A stretch of 64,000 bases of DNA from Candidatus Dormiibacterota bacterium (GCA_963709585.1 CAVPXI010000008.1:20258-84257), one strand, 5' to 3'. Shown: positions 9,381 through 19,199, counted from the first letter of the stretch. The notes: generated from the sequence alone by a model not told the origin. Numbers and translations are program-made.

Positions 9381-10535
9381 GTGCTGCAAGCAAGTCGCGC
9401 CGATCGGTTCTCGTTCGGGCTGTGGACCGTGGGCTGGCAGGGCGTTGACGTTTTCGGCACCGCTGTGCGCGCGCCACTCGATCCCGAGCTCGCTGTAGGC
9501 CGGCTCGCCGAGCTGGGTGCGTATGGAGTGAGCTTCCACGACAACGACGTGTTCCCATTCGCGGCCACCGCCGCGGAGAAGAGCGCGGCGATCGACCGGT
9601 TGCGCCGGGCGGTCGACAGCGCCGGGCTGGTGGTGCCGATGGTGACCACGAATCTCTTCTCGCACCCGGTATTTCGCGACGGCGCGTTCACCGCCAATGA
9701 CCGGGAGGTGCGCCGCTTCGCGCTCCGCAAGGTGGCGGACAACCTCGATCTCGCCGCCGAGCTCGGTGCGGGTATCGTCGTGTTCTGGGGTGGTCGCGAG
9801 GGTGCGGAGTTGGGGGCCGCAAAGGACGTGGGCGCTGCGCTCGACCGGTACAAGGAAGCCTTCGACATCCTCACCGGCTATGTCATCGAGCAGGGCTACG
9901 CAATGCGCTTTGCCATCGAGCCCAAGCCAAACGAGCCCCGCGGCGACATCTTTCTGCCCACCATCGGTCACGCGCTCTCGTTCATCGGCGAGTTGGAGCA
10001 CTCTGAGATGGTCGGGCTCAATCCCGAGGTCGGTCACGAGGAGATGGCGAGCCTGAACTTCGCGCACGGGCTGGCTCAGGCGCTCTGGCACGGCAAGCTG
10101 TTCCATGTCGACCTCAACGGCCAGAACGGACCGCGCTACGACCAGGACCTTCGCTTCGGCGCCGGCAACGCCCGAGGCGCCTTCTGGACGGTGGACATCC
10201 TCGAATCCGGCGGTTACGAGGGACCTCGTCACTTCGACTTCAAGCCTCCGAGGACCGAGGACATGGAGGGGGTGTGGGAGAGCGCGGCGGCGTGCATGCG
10301 CAACTACCTGCTGCTCCGCAGTCGGACTCACGCATTCCGATCGGACCCCCAGGTGCAGGCGGCACTGGCGGCGGCTCGACTCGACGAGCTCCGGCAGACC
10401 ACCCTCGCGCCTGGGGAGTCCCTCAGCGCGATGCGCTCGCAGACCTTCGACGCCGACGCGGCCGCGGCTCGTGGCATGGCCTTTGAGCGCCTCGACCAGC
10501 TTGCGCTGGACTACCTCTACGGCATCCGCTACTAG
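9381..10535 (+). CDS. xylA: xylose isomerase
   Basis: [13 protein letters not shown]..., [19 protein letters not shown] and [11 protein letters not shown] motifs of actinobacterial XylA. GTG at 9381 is preceded by GAGGAGG at 9369-9375. Confidence 0.92.
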   Translation: MLQASRADRFSFGLWTVGWQGVDVFGTAVRAPLDPELAVGRLAELGAYGVSFHDNDVFPFAATAAEKSAAIDRLRRAVDSAGLVVPMVTTNLFSHPVFRDGAFTANDREVRRFALRKVADNLDLAAELGAGIVVFWGGREGAELGAAKDVGAALDRYKEAFDILTGYVIEQGYAMRFAIEPKPNEPRGDIFLPTIGHALSFIGELEHSEMVGLNPEVGHEEMASLNFAHGLAQALWHGKLFHVDLNGQNGPRYDQDLRFGAGNARGAFWTVDILESGGYEGPRHFDFKPPRTEDMEGVWESAAACMRNYLLLRSRTHAFRSDPQVQAALAAARLDELRQTTLAPGESLSAMRSQTFDADAAAARGMAFERLDQLALDYLYGIRY

Positions 10536-10601
10536 CGCCATGGCGCCGCCGCAGCTCCGGCGAGGCTCCTGCCGCACTTCCGCCGTCATACAGGCACCTC
10601 G

Positions 10602-12065
10602 ATGAGCTCGGCTGCGCTGGTCGGCATCGATATCGGGACCACGTCCGCCAAGGGCATCGCGATCGACCCCGGATCGGGGGCGGTGCTGGCGACCGCTGAA
10701 TCCGAGTACCCGGTGAGCTCACCCCAGGTGGGCTGGAGTGAGCAGGAGCCCGAGGCCTGGGTGACCGGGACGCACGAGGTGCTCGCGAGCTTGAGGACCG
10801 AAGCGTCGGAGATCCTCGGCATCGGCTTCTCCGGGCAGATGCACGGGCTGGTCTGCCAGGACGCCGGCGGTGCGGTGATCCGCCCCGCGATCCTCTGGAA
10901 CGACCAGCGTTCCGCACCTCAGTGCGCTGCCCTGGAGGCCGGGACCGGGAGGGATCGGCTGATCCGGCTGACCGGCAACCGCGCCCTGCCCGGTTTTACC
11001 GCGCCCAAGCTGCTCTGGATGCGCGAGAACGAACCGGCGGCGTTCGCCCGTATCCGACGGATCAGCCTTCCCAAGGACTACGTGCGTGACCTCCTCGTGG
11101 GCGGACACCGGAGCGACGTCGCCGATGCGTCGGGAACGCTGCTCCTCGATGTCGGCGAGCGCCGCTGGAGCAGCGAGCTGCTCGCGGAGCTGGACATCCC
11201 CGCGTCGTGGCTGCCCGAGCTTGCCGAAAGCCCCGATGCCGTCGGCAGGCTGGACGGTGTCCCGGTTGCAGCCGGAGCCGGAGATCAAGCCGCTGCCGCG
11301 ATGGGCGCCGGGATCACCGGTCCCGGCCCGCTCTCGGTCGTCCTGGGCACGTCGGGGGTCGTGCTCGCCGGGACCGATCGCTTCCTGGCCGACCATGAGG
11401 GACGGGTGCACGCCTTCTGCCACGCCGCGCCGGGACGGTGGCTGGTGATGGGCGTGATGCTGTCGGCGGCCGGGTCGCTTGCCTGGTTCCACGACACCCT
11501 GCTCCGCGGGGTCGCCTACGACGCCATGCTCGGCGAGGCCGAGAGCGTTCCGCCCGGCTGCGAGGGTCTCGTCTTCCTGCCCTATCTGGCCGGCGAGCGG
11601 ACCCCACACGCCGATCCGCTCGCGCGCGGCGCGTTTTGCGGCCTCTCGGTCACCCACGGGCGCGGCGCCCTGACCCGAGCCGTGTTGGAAGGAGTCGCGT
11701 TCGCGCTGCGCGATTGCCTCGACGTGGTCACTGGCGTGGGGGTTGCCGCCGCGCGTGGGCGTGTCTCGGGGGGAGGCTCGAGAAGCCGTCTGTGGCTCCA
11801 GATCGTCGCCAGCGCTCTCGAGATGCCTCTCGAAGTCATGGCCACCGATCAGGGCTCAGCGTTCGGCGCTGCCCTGCTAGGCGGTTTGGCCAGCGGTGTC
11901 TACAGCGACCTCGACCAGGCGAGCGCCGCCTGCGTTCGCGCCACAGAGGTCATCGATCCCGTCGCCGAGTGGATCGAGGCCTACCGGGAGGCACGGCGCC
12001 GGTTCCGCGACTACTATCCCGCCCTCCGCTCGGTCACGCAGACCCGGCCCGCCTCTTCAGGCTGA
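10602..12065 (+). CDS. xylB: xylulokinase
   Basis: FGGY kinase motifs (VGIDIGTTSAKG, GFSGQMHG, AGAGDQAAAAMGAG, FLPYLAGERTPH). Directly downstream of xylA. Confidence 0.9.
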   Translation: MSSAALVGIDIGTTSAKGIAIDPGSGAVLATAESEYPVSSPQVGWSEQEPEAWVTGTHEVLASLRTEASEILGIGFSGQMHGLVCQDAGGAVIRPAILWNDQRSAPQCAALEAGTGRDRLIRLTGNRALPGFTAPKLLWMRENEPAAFARIRRISLPKDYVRDLLVGGHRSDVADASGTLLLDVGERRWSSELLAELDIPASWLPELAESPDAVGRLDGVPVAAGAGDQAAAAMGAGITGPGPLSVVLGTSGVVLAGTDRFLADHEGRVHAFCHAAPGRWLVMGVMLSAAGSLAWFHDTLLRGVAYDAMLGEAESVPPGCEGLVFLPYLAGERTPHADPLARGAFCGLSVTHGRGALTRAVLEGVAFALRDCLDVVTGVGVAAARGRVSGGGSRSRLWLQIVASALEMPLEVMATDQGSAFGAALLGGLASGVYSDLDQASAACVRATEVIDPVAEWIEAYREARRRFRDYYPALRSVTQTRPASSG

Positions 12066-13274
12066 TCTGCGCTCGGCGCTGCGTGCCGGAACCAGGGTCG
12101 GCTCGTCGAGGACCCGCGTCAGCGCCAGCTCCGCCGCACCGAGCAACGGCCCGTCGGCGCCGAGCTGCGTCGGCCTGATCAGCGCATCCACGTCGAGAGC
12201 CGGCGCCATGACCCGGGCCCGGAGCTCCGCCTGCACGATGTGTTCGACGACGGGCCACATGGTGCCGAGGAAGCCGCCGAGCACGACCCGCTGCGGGTTG
12301 AAGACGTTGACGAGACCGGCCAGACCGGAGCCGAGCCAGTGGCCGACATCCTCCACCGCCGCGAGCGCCACCGGGTCGCCCCACGCCGCATCCCTGAGCA
12401 GGCGGGTGACTGCCTCGGGCTTGTAGCTCTTCTCGGCAATCCCGATCCGGCGCAACATCGCCGGGCCGCCGATCTCCGTCTCCCAGCAACCCATCGCCCC
12501 ACACCGGCATTGCACGCCGTTGGGATTCACCTGAACGTGCCCCACCTCGCCGGCGCAGCCCGCTGCCCCGACCAGCAGCTTTCCATCGATGACCAGGCCG
12601 CCGCCGACGCCCACCTCGCTGGTCACATAGATGAGGTGGCTGACCCCGACGCCCGCCCCCCACGTGTGTTCCGCAAGCGCTCCGAGATCCGCCTCGTTGG
12701 CGATGACCACAGGCAGGCCGGAGCCGAGCCGGTCCGCGACCAGACGCCCGAGCGGCACGTCCCTCCATCCCAGGTTCGGGGCGAAGTGCACGAGCCCGTC
12801 CGCTCGGCTGACCACGCCGGCGACGGCGATGCCGAGGCCGGCCACCCAGCAATCGGGGGGGATGGAAGCCAGTGCGGTCTGGATGAGCTTGCCGACGTCC
12901 TCGATGGTCTGGTCGACGGCCAGGCGACGCGGCTGATGGGTCGCCCGAGCGCGGTGGAGGATCCGGCCGCCGAGCCCGACGACGGCCGCGGACAGCGAAT
13001 TGACGGCGATCTCGGCGGTGATCACCGCGGCGCCCTCGGGGTTCGGACGAGCCACCAGTGAGGGGCGCCCGGGCGACCCCAGACGGGCGGGATCGCCCTC
13101 CTCCACCAGGCCGCGAGCGCGAAGGTCTGCGACCAGCTCGCCGATCGTGCTCCGGGTCATCCCCAGGGCGCCGCCGATCTCGGATCGGGACAGCGCCCCC
13201 GACTGATGCAGGTGGCGGAGCAACAGGCTCAGGTTGTGACGGCGGACGGACTCCGGCGAGGCCATGGGGCTCAT
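12057..13274 (-). CDS. ROK-family transcriptional regulator (XylR-like)
   Basis: N-terminal winged-helix (NLSLLLRHLHQSGALSRSEIGGALGMTRSTIGELV) plus ROK sugar-kinase-like body with CRCGAMGCWET zinc motif. Last gene of the minus-strand transporter operon. Confidence 0.85.
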   Translation of the reverse strand: MSPMASPESVRRHNLSLLLRHLHQSGALSRSEIGGALGMTRSTIGELVADLRARGLVEEGDPARLGSPGRPSLVARPNPEGAAVITAEIAVNSLSAAVVGLGGRILHRARATHQPRRLAVDQTIEDVGKLIQTALASIPPDCWVAGLGIAVAGVVSRADGLVHFAPNLGWRDVPLGRLVADRLGSGLPVVIANEADLGALAEHTWGAGVGVSHLIYVTSEVGVGGGLVIDGKLLVGAAGCAGEVGHVQVNPNGVQCRCGAMGCWETEIGGPAMLRRIGIAEKSYKPEAVTRLLRDAAWGDPVALAAVEDVGHWLGSGLAGLVNVFNPQRVVLGGFLGTMWPVVEHIVQAELRARVMAPALDVDALIRPTQLGADGPLLGAAELALTRVLDEPTLVPARSAERRSA

Positions 13275-13304
13275 AAGGACCGGACCCCTCTTACGTTCGC
13301 GATG

Positions 13305-14651
13305 TCAGGCTCGAGGCTGAGCGCCGCGGCGCGAGAGGACGTCGATGGTGCCTGCCGCCAGCAGCACGAGCGCCACAACGATGTCGATCCAGTCGGACGT
13401 GACCCCGATCAGGATCAGCCCGTTGTAGATGCCGCCGATCATCAACCCGCCGAGTAGACCGTGGATCGTCTTTCCCCGGCCGCCGAACAGGCTGGTGCCA
13501 CCGATGACCGCGGCAGCCACTGCCAGGAGCACGTAGCTGTTGGCGTCCTTGATGATGTTGGTCGTGATCGACACCTGCCACGACGCGAAGAGCACGCCGG
13601 CGATCCCGGCGGTCAGGGCGGCGAGCACGAATCCCCAGGTGCGGATGGTGGGCAGATTGATCCCGGCTCGGCGCGCCGCCTCGGGGTTCCCGCCGATCGC
13701 GTACACGTACCGGCCGAAGCGGGTGCGCTGCAGGAGGATGGTCCAGGTGACCAGCACCACCAGGACGATCGGAATGATGAAGGGCAGCCCGACGATGGTC
13801 CCGAAGTGCGCACGGTTCACGTTGCACACAGCGACGACGATGACCCCCGCCACTGCCCCGACGATGATCTTCAAAGCGGTGAGGCTGGCCGGCGGAGCCA
13901 CCAGGCCGGAGTGGCGGCGGCGGGAATCGGCGAACCACACCGCGCCGCCGGCGATCACCCCCACGACGGCCAGCAGGATCCAGCTGACCGTCGGGTCGAA
14001 CTTCCCATAGAAGATGTTGTAGATGGCGACCTCGTTGCCGAACCGGGAGTTCCCGAGGCCGACGAGGCTGCCCCCGAGGACGATGATCGAGACGCCCTCG
14101 AGCACCAGCAGGCCGCCCAACGTCACGATGAACGACGGCATCTTGACCCGGGCGACCAGAGTCCCCTGGATCAAGCCCACGGCCGAGCAGATGAGCAGGG
14201 CCACGATGATCGCGATCCACCACGGCCATCCGAGGCCGGCAGGCTGCACCTCCTCGGCGACCAGGACGGCGCCCAACCCCATGACCAGCCCGACAGAGAG
14301 GTCGATCTCCCCGAGCAGCAGGGCGAAGATCTCGGCCATCGCCAGGAGCATGTAGATGGTGCTCTGCTCGAAGAGGTTGACCAGGTTCTGCGGGGACAGG
14401 AACTTGCCGTTGGCGATCTGGAACGCGACGGCGACGACGATGATGCCGAGGAGGACGGGGAGGACGCCGCTGTCGCCGCCGCGGATCCGCTGTCCCCAGG
14501 CGCGCAGATACTGACCCAGGGATTGGGCCAGGAGCTCCGGCGGCACCTCCGCGACCGCCTCGGCCGGGGACGCCGCGGTGAGGTCGACGAGCGGCTCGGC
14601 GAGAGCCGGCTCGGCGGCCGCGATCGGCGGGTCGGTCTCTCTCCCAGCCAT
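13305..14651 (-). CDS. sugar ABC transporter permease (CUT2/XylH-like), distal copy
   Basis: 448-aa polytopic membrane protein. Its first ~71 aa are identical to the other permease (15487-16851), and the rest is only paralog-level similar. Confidence 0.85.
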   Translation of the reverse strand: MAGRETDPPIAAAEPALAEPLVDLTAASPAEAVAEVPPELLAQSLGQYLRAWGQRIRGGDSGVLPVLLGIIVVAVAFQIANGKFLSPQNLVNLFEQSTIYMLLAMAEIFALLLGEIDLSVGLVMGLGAVLVAEEVQPAGLGWPWWIAIIVALLICSAVGLIQGTLVARVKMPSFIVTLGGLLVLEGVSIIVLGGSLVGLGNSRFGNEVAIYNIFYGKFDPTVSWILLAVVGVIAGGAVWFADSRRRHSGLVAPPASLTALKIIVGAVAGVIVVAVCNVNRAHFGTIVGLPFIIPIVLVVLVTWTILLQRTRFGRYVYAIGGNPEAARRAGINLPTIRTWGFVLAALTAGIAGVLFASWQVSITTNIIKDANSYVLLAVAAAVIGGTSLFGGRGKTIHGLLGGLMIGGIYNGLILIGVTSDWIDIVVALVLLAAGTIDVLSRRGAQPRA

Positions 14652-15490
14652 GGCTCAGTCACTCCCTCTGGCGACCGCAGCTCCGAGCGGCGCGTGGGGC
14701 CGCCCGTTCGAACCCCCGGTGGTCATGTACTCGATCACGCTCTGCCGGTCGAAGCCGGCCACCGGCCCCTCGGCCACCATCCTCCCCAGGTGGAGCACGG
14801 CGATCCGGTCGGCCACCTCGAAGACGTCGTTGAGGTTGTGGGAGATCACCATCACCGCCAGGCCCCGGTCCCGGAGCCTGCGCACCAGGTCGAGCACCAT
14901 CCGGGTCTGGACCACCCCCAGCGCCGCGGTGGGCTCGTCCAGGAGCACCACCTTGGAGTTCCACATCACCGCCTTCGCCACCGCCACCGACTGGCGCTGC
15001 CCACCCGAGAGCGAGCCCACCGGCTGGCGGATCGAGCGCACCGTGGTCACCCGCAGGCTGCTCAGCGTCTCCGCCGCCGCCCGCTCCATCGAGTCCTCGT
15101 CGAGCAGCCCCCGGCGCAACCGCTCCCGCCCCAGGAACATGTTCTGGACGATGTCCAGGTTGTCGGCCAGGGCCAGGTCCTGGTAGACGGTCTCGATCCC
15201 CAGGCCGGCCGCGTCCCGGGTGGTGCGGATGTGCACCGGCTGGCCTTCGAAGAAGATCTGCCCGTGGTCGATCTGGTGGACCCCGGCGATGCACCGGGTG
15301 AGCACCGACTTGCCCGCCCCGTTGTCGCCACAGAGCCCGGTCACCTGGCCCGCGGGCAGATCCAGGTTCACCTGGTAGAGCGCCTGCACCGGCCCGAAGT
15401 GCTTGTCGATGCCCCGCAGCTGCAACAAGGCTTCCGCCGGGGCCGTCGCCCCACCGCTCACCCCTGCCCCGGGGTCGTGATTCATCTCAG
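14458..15490. repeat. 1,033-bp perfect direct repeat, copy A (ATPase gene plus 5' end of downstream permease)
   Basis: Line-by-line comparison shows 14458-15490 identical to 16658-17690 (offset exactly 2,200 bp). Identity breaks at 14457/16657 and 15491/17691. Confidence 0.95.
14655..15485 (-). CDS. sugar ABC transporter ATP-binding protein (single NBD), distal copy
   Basis: Walker A GDNGAGKS, signature LSGGQRQ, Walker B VVLLDEPTAALG. Nucleotide-identical to 16855-17685. The ATG at 15485 matches the other copy's start. Confidence 0.88.
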   Translation of the reverse strand: MNHDPGAGVSGGATAPAEALLQLRGIDKHFGPVQALYQVNLDLPAGQVTGLCGDNGAGKSVLTRCIAGVHQIDHGQIFFEGQPVHIRTTRDAAGLGIETVYQDLALADNLDIVQNMFLGRERLRRGLLDEDSMERAAAETLSSLRVTTVRSIRQPVGSLSGGQRQSVAVAKAVMWNSKVVLLDEPTAALGVVQTRMVLDLVRRLRDRGLAVMVISHNLNDVFEVADRIAVLHLGRMVAEGPVAGFDRQSVIEYMTTGGSNGRPHAPLGAAVARGSD

Positions 15491-16851
15491 ACACGAGACA
15501 CGCTCCCGGTCCTGGCTCCCCGCCGCGAGAGGACGTCGACCATGACCGCGATCAGGAGGACGCTGCCCGGCAGGATGTACTCGAGCGGCGTCGAGAGCTC
15601 TCCCAAGGAAAGCAGGGACACGCCGTAGGCGATGCCGCCGATCATCAGTCCGCCGAGGAGACCGTGGATCGGCTTGCCGCGGCCGCCGAACAGGCTGGTG
15701 CCGCCGATGACCGCGGCGGCCACCGAGTACAGGATGAGCTGACCGGGATCGGCATCGTTGGTGCTGTACTGCCCGTAGAAGAAGGAGCCCAGCAGGATCC
15801 CGGCGAACCCGGCGGTCGCCGAGCAGAGTGCGAATGCGCCGGTGCGAACCCAGGCCAGGTTCACGCCCGCCCGGCGAGCCGCTTCCGGATTGCCGCCGAT
15901 CGCGTAGACATAACGGCCGAACTGGGTGCGCTGGAGCAGCAGAGTCCAGACGCCCACGATAGCGAGGACGATCGGAATCACCTCGGGGACCCCCGAGGGG
16001 AGGTTCAACCCGCAGATCGCCACGACCGCGACTTCGAGGGCCGCCATGAAGACGATGCGAATCGCGACCAGGGGGAGCGGGGGTGCCACCAGGCCGCTGC
16101 GCCGTCGCGCGGAGGTGCGTATCAGGAGCGCTGCCGCCGCGATGAACACCAGCGCCGCCAGCGCCACCCAGCCGGCCACGGGGTTGATGACCCCCTGCAC
16201 CAGGTTGAAGATCACGCTCTGGTTGGGCACCTGAGAGCTGACCGTGAGGGTTCCATCAGCGCCGCCCAGGATGATGATGATGATGCCCTCGAAGAGCAGG
16301 AAGCCTGCCAGGGTGACGACGAATGAGGGGATCCTGAGGCGCGACACCAGGGTGCCCTGGATCGCGCCGATGATCGCGCAGCAGACCAGCGTGGTGAGGA
16401 TCGCCGCCCACCAGGGCCAGTTGGGTCCCGGGTTCTGCTGCACCAGCTTGAAGGCGATGGTCCCGCCGAGGAGCGCGACCGAACCGATGGAGAGATCGAT
16501 CTCGCCGAGCAGCAGGACCGCGATCTCGGCGGTGGCAAGAACCATATAGACCGTGCTCAAACCGAAGATGTAGACCAGGTTGCTGGGCCGCAGATAGGCG
16601 TTCTCCGGGGTGATGATTTCGAAGGTGACGGCGACCAGGATGATGCCGAGGAGGACTGGGAGGACGCCGCTGTCGCCGCCGCGGATCCGCTGTCCCCAGG
16701 CGCGCAGATACTGACCCAGGGATTGGGCCAGGAGCTCCGGCGGCACCTCCGCGACCGCCTCGGCCGGGGACGCCGCGGTGAGGTCGACGAGCGGCTCGGC
16801 GAGAGCCGGCTCGGCGGCCGCGATCGGCGGGTCGGTCTCTCTCCCAGCCAT
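15487..16851 (-). CDS. sugar ABC transporter permease (CUT2/XylH-like), proximal copy
   Basis: 454-aa polytopic membrane protein. Its stop codon (15487-15489) lies inside the repeated block, 1 nt before the next ATPase start. Confidence 0.85.
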   Translation of the reverse strand: MAGRETDPPIAAAEPALAEPLVDLTAASPAEAVAEVPPELLAQSLGQYLRAWGQRIRGGDSGVLPVLLGIILVAVTFEIITPENAYLRPSNLVYIFGLSTVYMVLATAEIAVLLLGEIDLSIGSVALLGGTIAFKLVQQNPGPNWPWWAAILTTLVCCAIIGAIQGTLVSRLRIPSFVVTLAGFLLFEGIIIIILGGADGTLTVSSQVPNQSVIFNLVQGVINPVAGWVALAALVFIAAAALLIRTSARRRSGLVAPPLPLVAIRIVFMAALEVAVVAICGLNLPSGVPEVIPIVLAIVGVWTLLLQRTQFGRYVYAIGGNPEAARRAGVNLAWVRTGAFALCSATAGFAGILLGSFFYGQYSTNDADPGQLILYSVAAAVIGGTSLFGGRGKPIHGLLGGLMIGGIAYGVSLLSLGELSTPLEYILPGSVLLIAVMVDVLSRRGARTGSVSRV

Positions 16852-17690
16852 GGCTCAGTCACTCCCTCTGGCGACCGCAGCTCCGAGCGGCGCGTGGGGC
16901 CGCCCGTTCGAACCCCCGGTGGTCATGTACTCGATCACGCTCTGCCGGTCGAAGCCGGCCACCGGCCCCTCGGCCACCATCCTCCCCAGGTGGAGCACGG
17001 CGATCCGGTCGGCCACCTCGAAGACGTCGTTGAGGTTGTGGGAGATCACCATCACCGCCAGGCCCCGGTCCCGGAGCCTGCGCACCAGGTCGAGCACCAT
17101 CCGGGTCTGGACCACCCCCAGCGCCGCGGTGGGCTCGTCCAGGAGCACCACCTTGGAGTTCCACATCACCGCCTTCGCCACCGCCACCGACTGGCGCTGC
17201 CCACCCGAGAGCGAGCCCACCGGCTGGCGGATCGAGCGCACCGTGGTCACCCGCAGGCTGCTCAGCGTCTCCGCCGCCGCCCGCTCCATCGAGTCCTCGT
17301 CGAGCAGCCCCCGGCGCAACCGCTCCCGCCCCAGGAACATGTTCTGGACGATGTCCAGGTTGTCGGCCAGGGCCAGGTCCTGGTAGACGGTCTCGATCCC
17401 CAGGCCGGCCGCGTCCCGGGTGGTGCGGATGTGCACCGGCTGGCCTTCGAAGAAGATCTGCCCGTGGTCGATCTGGTGGACCCCGGCGATGCACCGGGTG
17501 AGCACCGACTTGCCCGCCCCGTTGTCGCCACAGAGCCCGGTCACCTGGCCCGCGGGCAGATCCAGGTTCACCTGGTAGAGCGCCTGCACCGGCCCGAAGT
17601 GCTTGTCGATGCCCCGCAGCTGCAACAAGGCTTCCGCCGGGGCCGTCGCCCCACCGCTCACCCCTGCCCCGGGGTCGTGATTCATCTCAG
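16658..17690. repeat. 1,033-bp perfect direct repeat, copy B
   Basis: See copy A. All overlapping six-frame ORFs are duplicated with identical translations (for example 14578-15186 and 16778-17386). Confidence 0.95.
16855..17685 (-). CDS. sugar ABC transporter ATP-binding protein (single NBD), proximal copy
   Basis: Same protein as 14655-15485, with identical Walker A, signature and Walker B motifs. Confidence 0.88.
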   Translation of the reverse strand: MNHDPGAGVSGGATAPAEALLQLRGIDKHFGPVQALYQVNLDLPAGQVTGLCGDNGAGKSVLTRCIAGVHQIDHGQIFFEGQPVHIRTTRDAAGLGIETVYQDLALADNLDIVQNMFLGRERLRRGLLDEDSMERAAAETLSSLRVTTVRSIRQPVGSLSGGQRQSVAVAKAVMWNSKVVLLDEPTAALGVVQTRMVLDLVRRLRDRGLAVMVISHNLNDVFEVADRIAVLHLGRMVAEGPVAGFDRQSVIEYMTTGGSNGRPHAPLGAAVARGSD

Positions 17691-17710
17691 TCGCCTCAGA
17701 TCAATGAGTT

Positions 17711-17736
17711 GTCGATGGCATTAGTCGATGGCATTA
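17711..17736. repeat. tandem 13-mer (GTCGATGGCATTA x2) just upstream of the first ATPase gene
   Basis: Two exact adjacent copies at 17711-17723 and 17724-17736, AT-richer than their surroundings, about 25 nt upstream of the ATG at 17685 on the minus strand. Confidence 0.6.
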
Positions 17737-17834
17737 AATGACGTGCCCGGTCCAGCCCGCGTCTTCCGGCATCCGTCCCGTGTTCGAGGCACCGGCCGAT
17801 CTCGGGTGGTGCGGTGCCCTGGGAGCAGGGCAAA

Positions 17835-17860
17835 CCGGGCCGCCCCGAAGGGCGACCCGG
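17835..17860 (-). terminator. GC-rich hairpin with UUCG loop between the SBP and ATPase genes (attenuator / mRNA-stabilising hairpin candidate)
   Basis: Minus-strand RNA CCGGGUCGCCC-UUCG-GGGCGGCCCGG (one G-U pair) followed by UUUG. It lies about 50 nt after the SBP stop, in a 220-nt intergenic gap. Confidence 0.45.
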
Positions 17861-17906
17861 CTGCTCTCTCCTGCGGAGATGCCCACAAGGGCGCTCCGTC
17901 AGACGA

Positions 17907-19199
17907 TTACGAGATTCCTGCCGCCGTGCAGAGGCTCTGGCCGGCGATGGCGCAGATCGACATGGCGGGGTCGAAGCCGTCCTTGACCACCGTCGCCTCC
18001 ATGTTGGCCGCGTTGACCCACGATGCGGTCAGAAGCGACGCCGGCTCGGTGATGCTGCTGTTGGCGGGGTCAATCGTGGTGCCGTTCAAGAGCGCCGTCG
18101 GGACCGTGTTGCCGGAGAGGAGGATGTCGGCCAACGCGACCGCATCCTGGGCCTCCTTGTAGACCGGCTTGTACACGGAGCCGCACTGGTAGCCCTCGAG
18201 AATCCACGCCATACCCTGGGCGGTCGCGTCCTGCCCGGTCACGGGGATTTGCTTCGGCTTCACCCCCGCCGCCTTGAGGTCGTTGATCACCGCGTTGCCG
18301 AGCCCGTCGTTGGCCTCGATGGTCGCGTTGATCGTGGGATGGGACGTGAACTCCTGCTGGAAGATCGTGCCGCCCTGGGTGTTCGACCACCCCGGAGCGA
18401 AGTTCTCTCCGACGAGCTTCATCCCTTGGCTGTTGGTCGCACCCGCGGTGACGCTTTTGGCCGCCTGGCTCCAGACAACCTTGTTGTATCCGGTGGCGAA
18501 GGAGATGGCGTTGGGATCGGTGTCCTCACCGCCGTTGAGCACGAACACCTGCGGGCTCTTGATGCCCCAATCGGAGACGCAGGTCACGAAGCCGTTGCCG
18601 ATGGCCTCGCCGACGGCCTCGTTGTTGAAGCTGACGTAGTAGGTCTTGGAGCCCTGGAAGGTCGCCCGGTCGTAGCTGATCAGGGTGACTCCCTTGGACT
18701 CGGCCAGCTGCGCGATCGCCTGGCCCGTCGGCCCATCGAGTGGGCACATGATCAGGACCTTGGCGCCGAGGTTGATATCGGCGGTCGCGTCGTCGAGCTC
18801 GGTCGCATCACTGCCCTGGGCGTTGTCGATCCGGAACTGCTGCTGGTTGAACCCGGCGTCCGCCAGCGCTGACGTCAGGTAGGGCTGATCGAAGTCCACC
18901 CAGCGCGTCGACGAGGTCGTGTCGGGGAGGATCACTCCGATGAGCAGGCTGTTGACGCCCTTGGTCGCGTACGCGGTCAGCGACTTGAGCGAACCCATCG
19001 TCGACGCGATGTCGGTGGTGAACGCGCTGACGGTCACGCCCGATGGGACGCCGGGGTTCGTGACGGCCGAGCCGGTGTTGCCGGTCGACGTGCTTCCGCA
19101 GGCCGCAGCCACGAGCGCGGCACCACCCACCAGGGTGACCCGGCTCAACTTCGACAGACCATGGGACCCCCGGCCCCTGATTCCATCTTGCAAACGCAT
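17907..19199 (-). CDS. sugar ABC transporter substrate-binding lipoprotein (XylF-like)
   Basis: Signal/lipobox LVGGAALVAAACGS, then a periplasmic-binding-protein fold typical of CUT2 binding proteins. Internal ATG at 19199 preferred over 19262. Confidence 0.85.
   Translation of the reverse strand: MRLQDGIRGRGSHGLSKLSRVTLVGGAALVAAACGSTSTGNTGSAVTNPGVPSGVTVSAFTTDIASTMGSLKSLTAYATKGVNSLLIGVILPDTTSSTRWVDFDQPYLTSALADAGFNQQQFRIDNAQGSDATELDDATADINLGAKVLIMCPLDGPTGQAIAQLAESKGVTLISYDRATFQGSKTYYVSFNNEAVGEAIGNGFVTCVSDWGIKSPQVFVLNGGEDTDPNAISFATGYNKVVWSQAAKSVTAGATNSQGMKLVGENFAPGWSNTQGGTIFQQEFTSHPTINATIEANDGLGNAVINDLKAAGVKPKQIPVTGQDATAQGMAWILEGYQCGSVYKPVYKEAQDAVALADILLSGNTVPTALLNGTTIDPANSSITEPASLLTASWVNAANMEATVVKDGFDPAMSICAIAGQSLCTAAGIS

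Noticed and set aside
13461-15545. 694-aa plus-strand ORF across the ABC transporter genes. Similar long ORFs include 9300-10589(-), 20682-22178(-), 22335-23477(-), 26965-28356(+), 28719-30086(+), 33000-34205(+), 36214-37221(-), 38762-40507(+), 42537-43697(+), 43463-44638(+), 46012-47860(-) and 57934-59046(+).
   Set aside because: They lie antisense or out of frame to genes with strong family motifs. Their translations are Arg/Pro/Gly/His-rich low-complexity strings typical of stop-poor shadow frames in high-GC DNA, with no recognisable domains.
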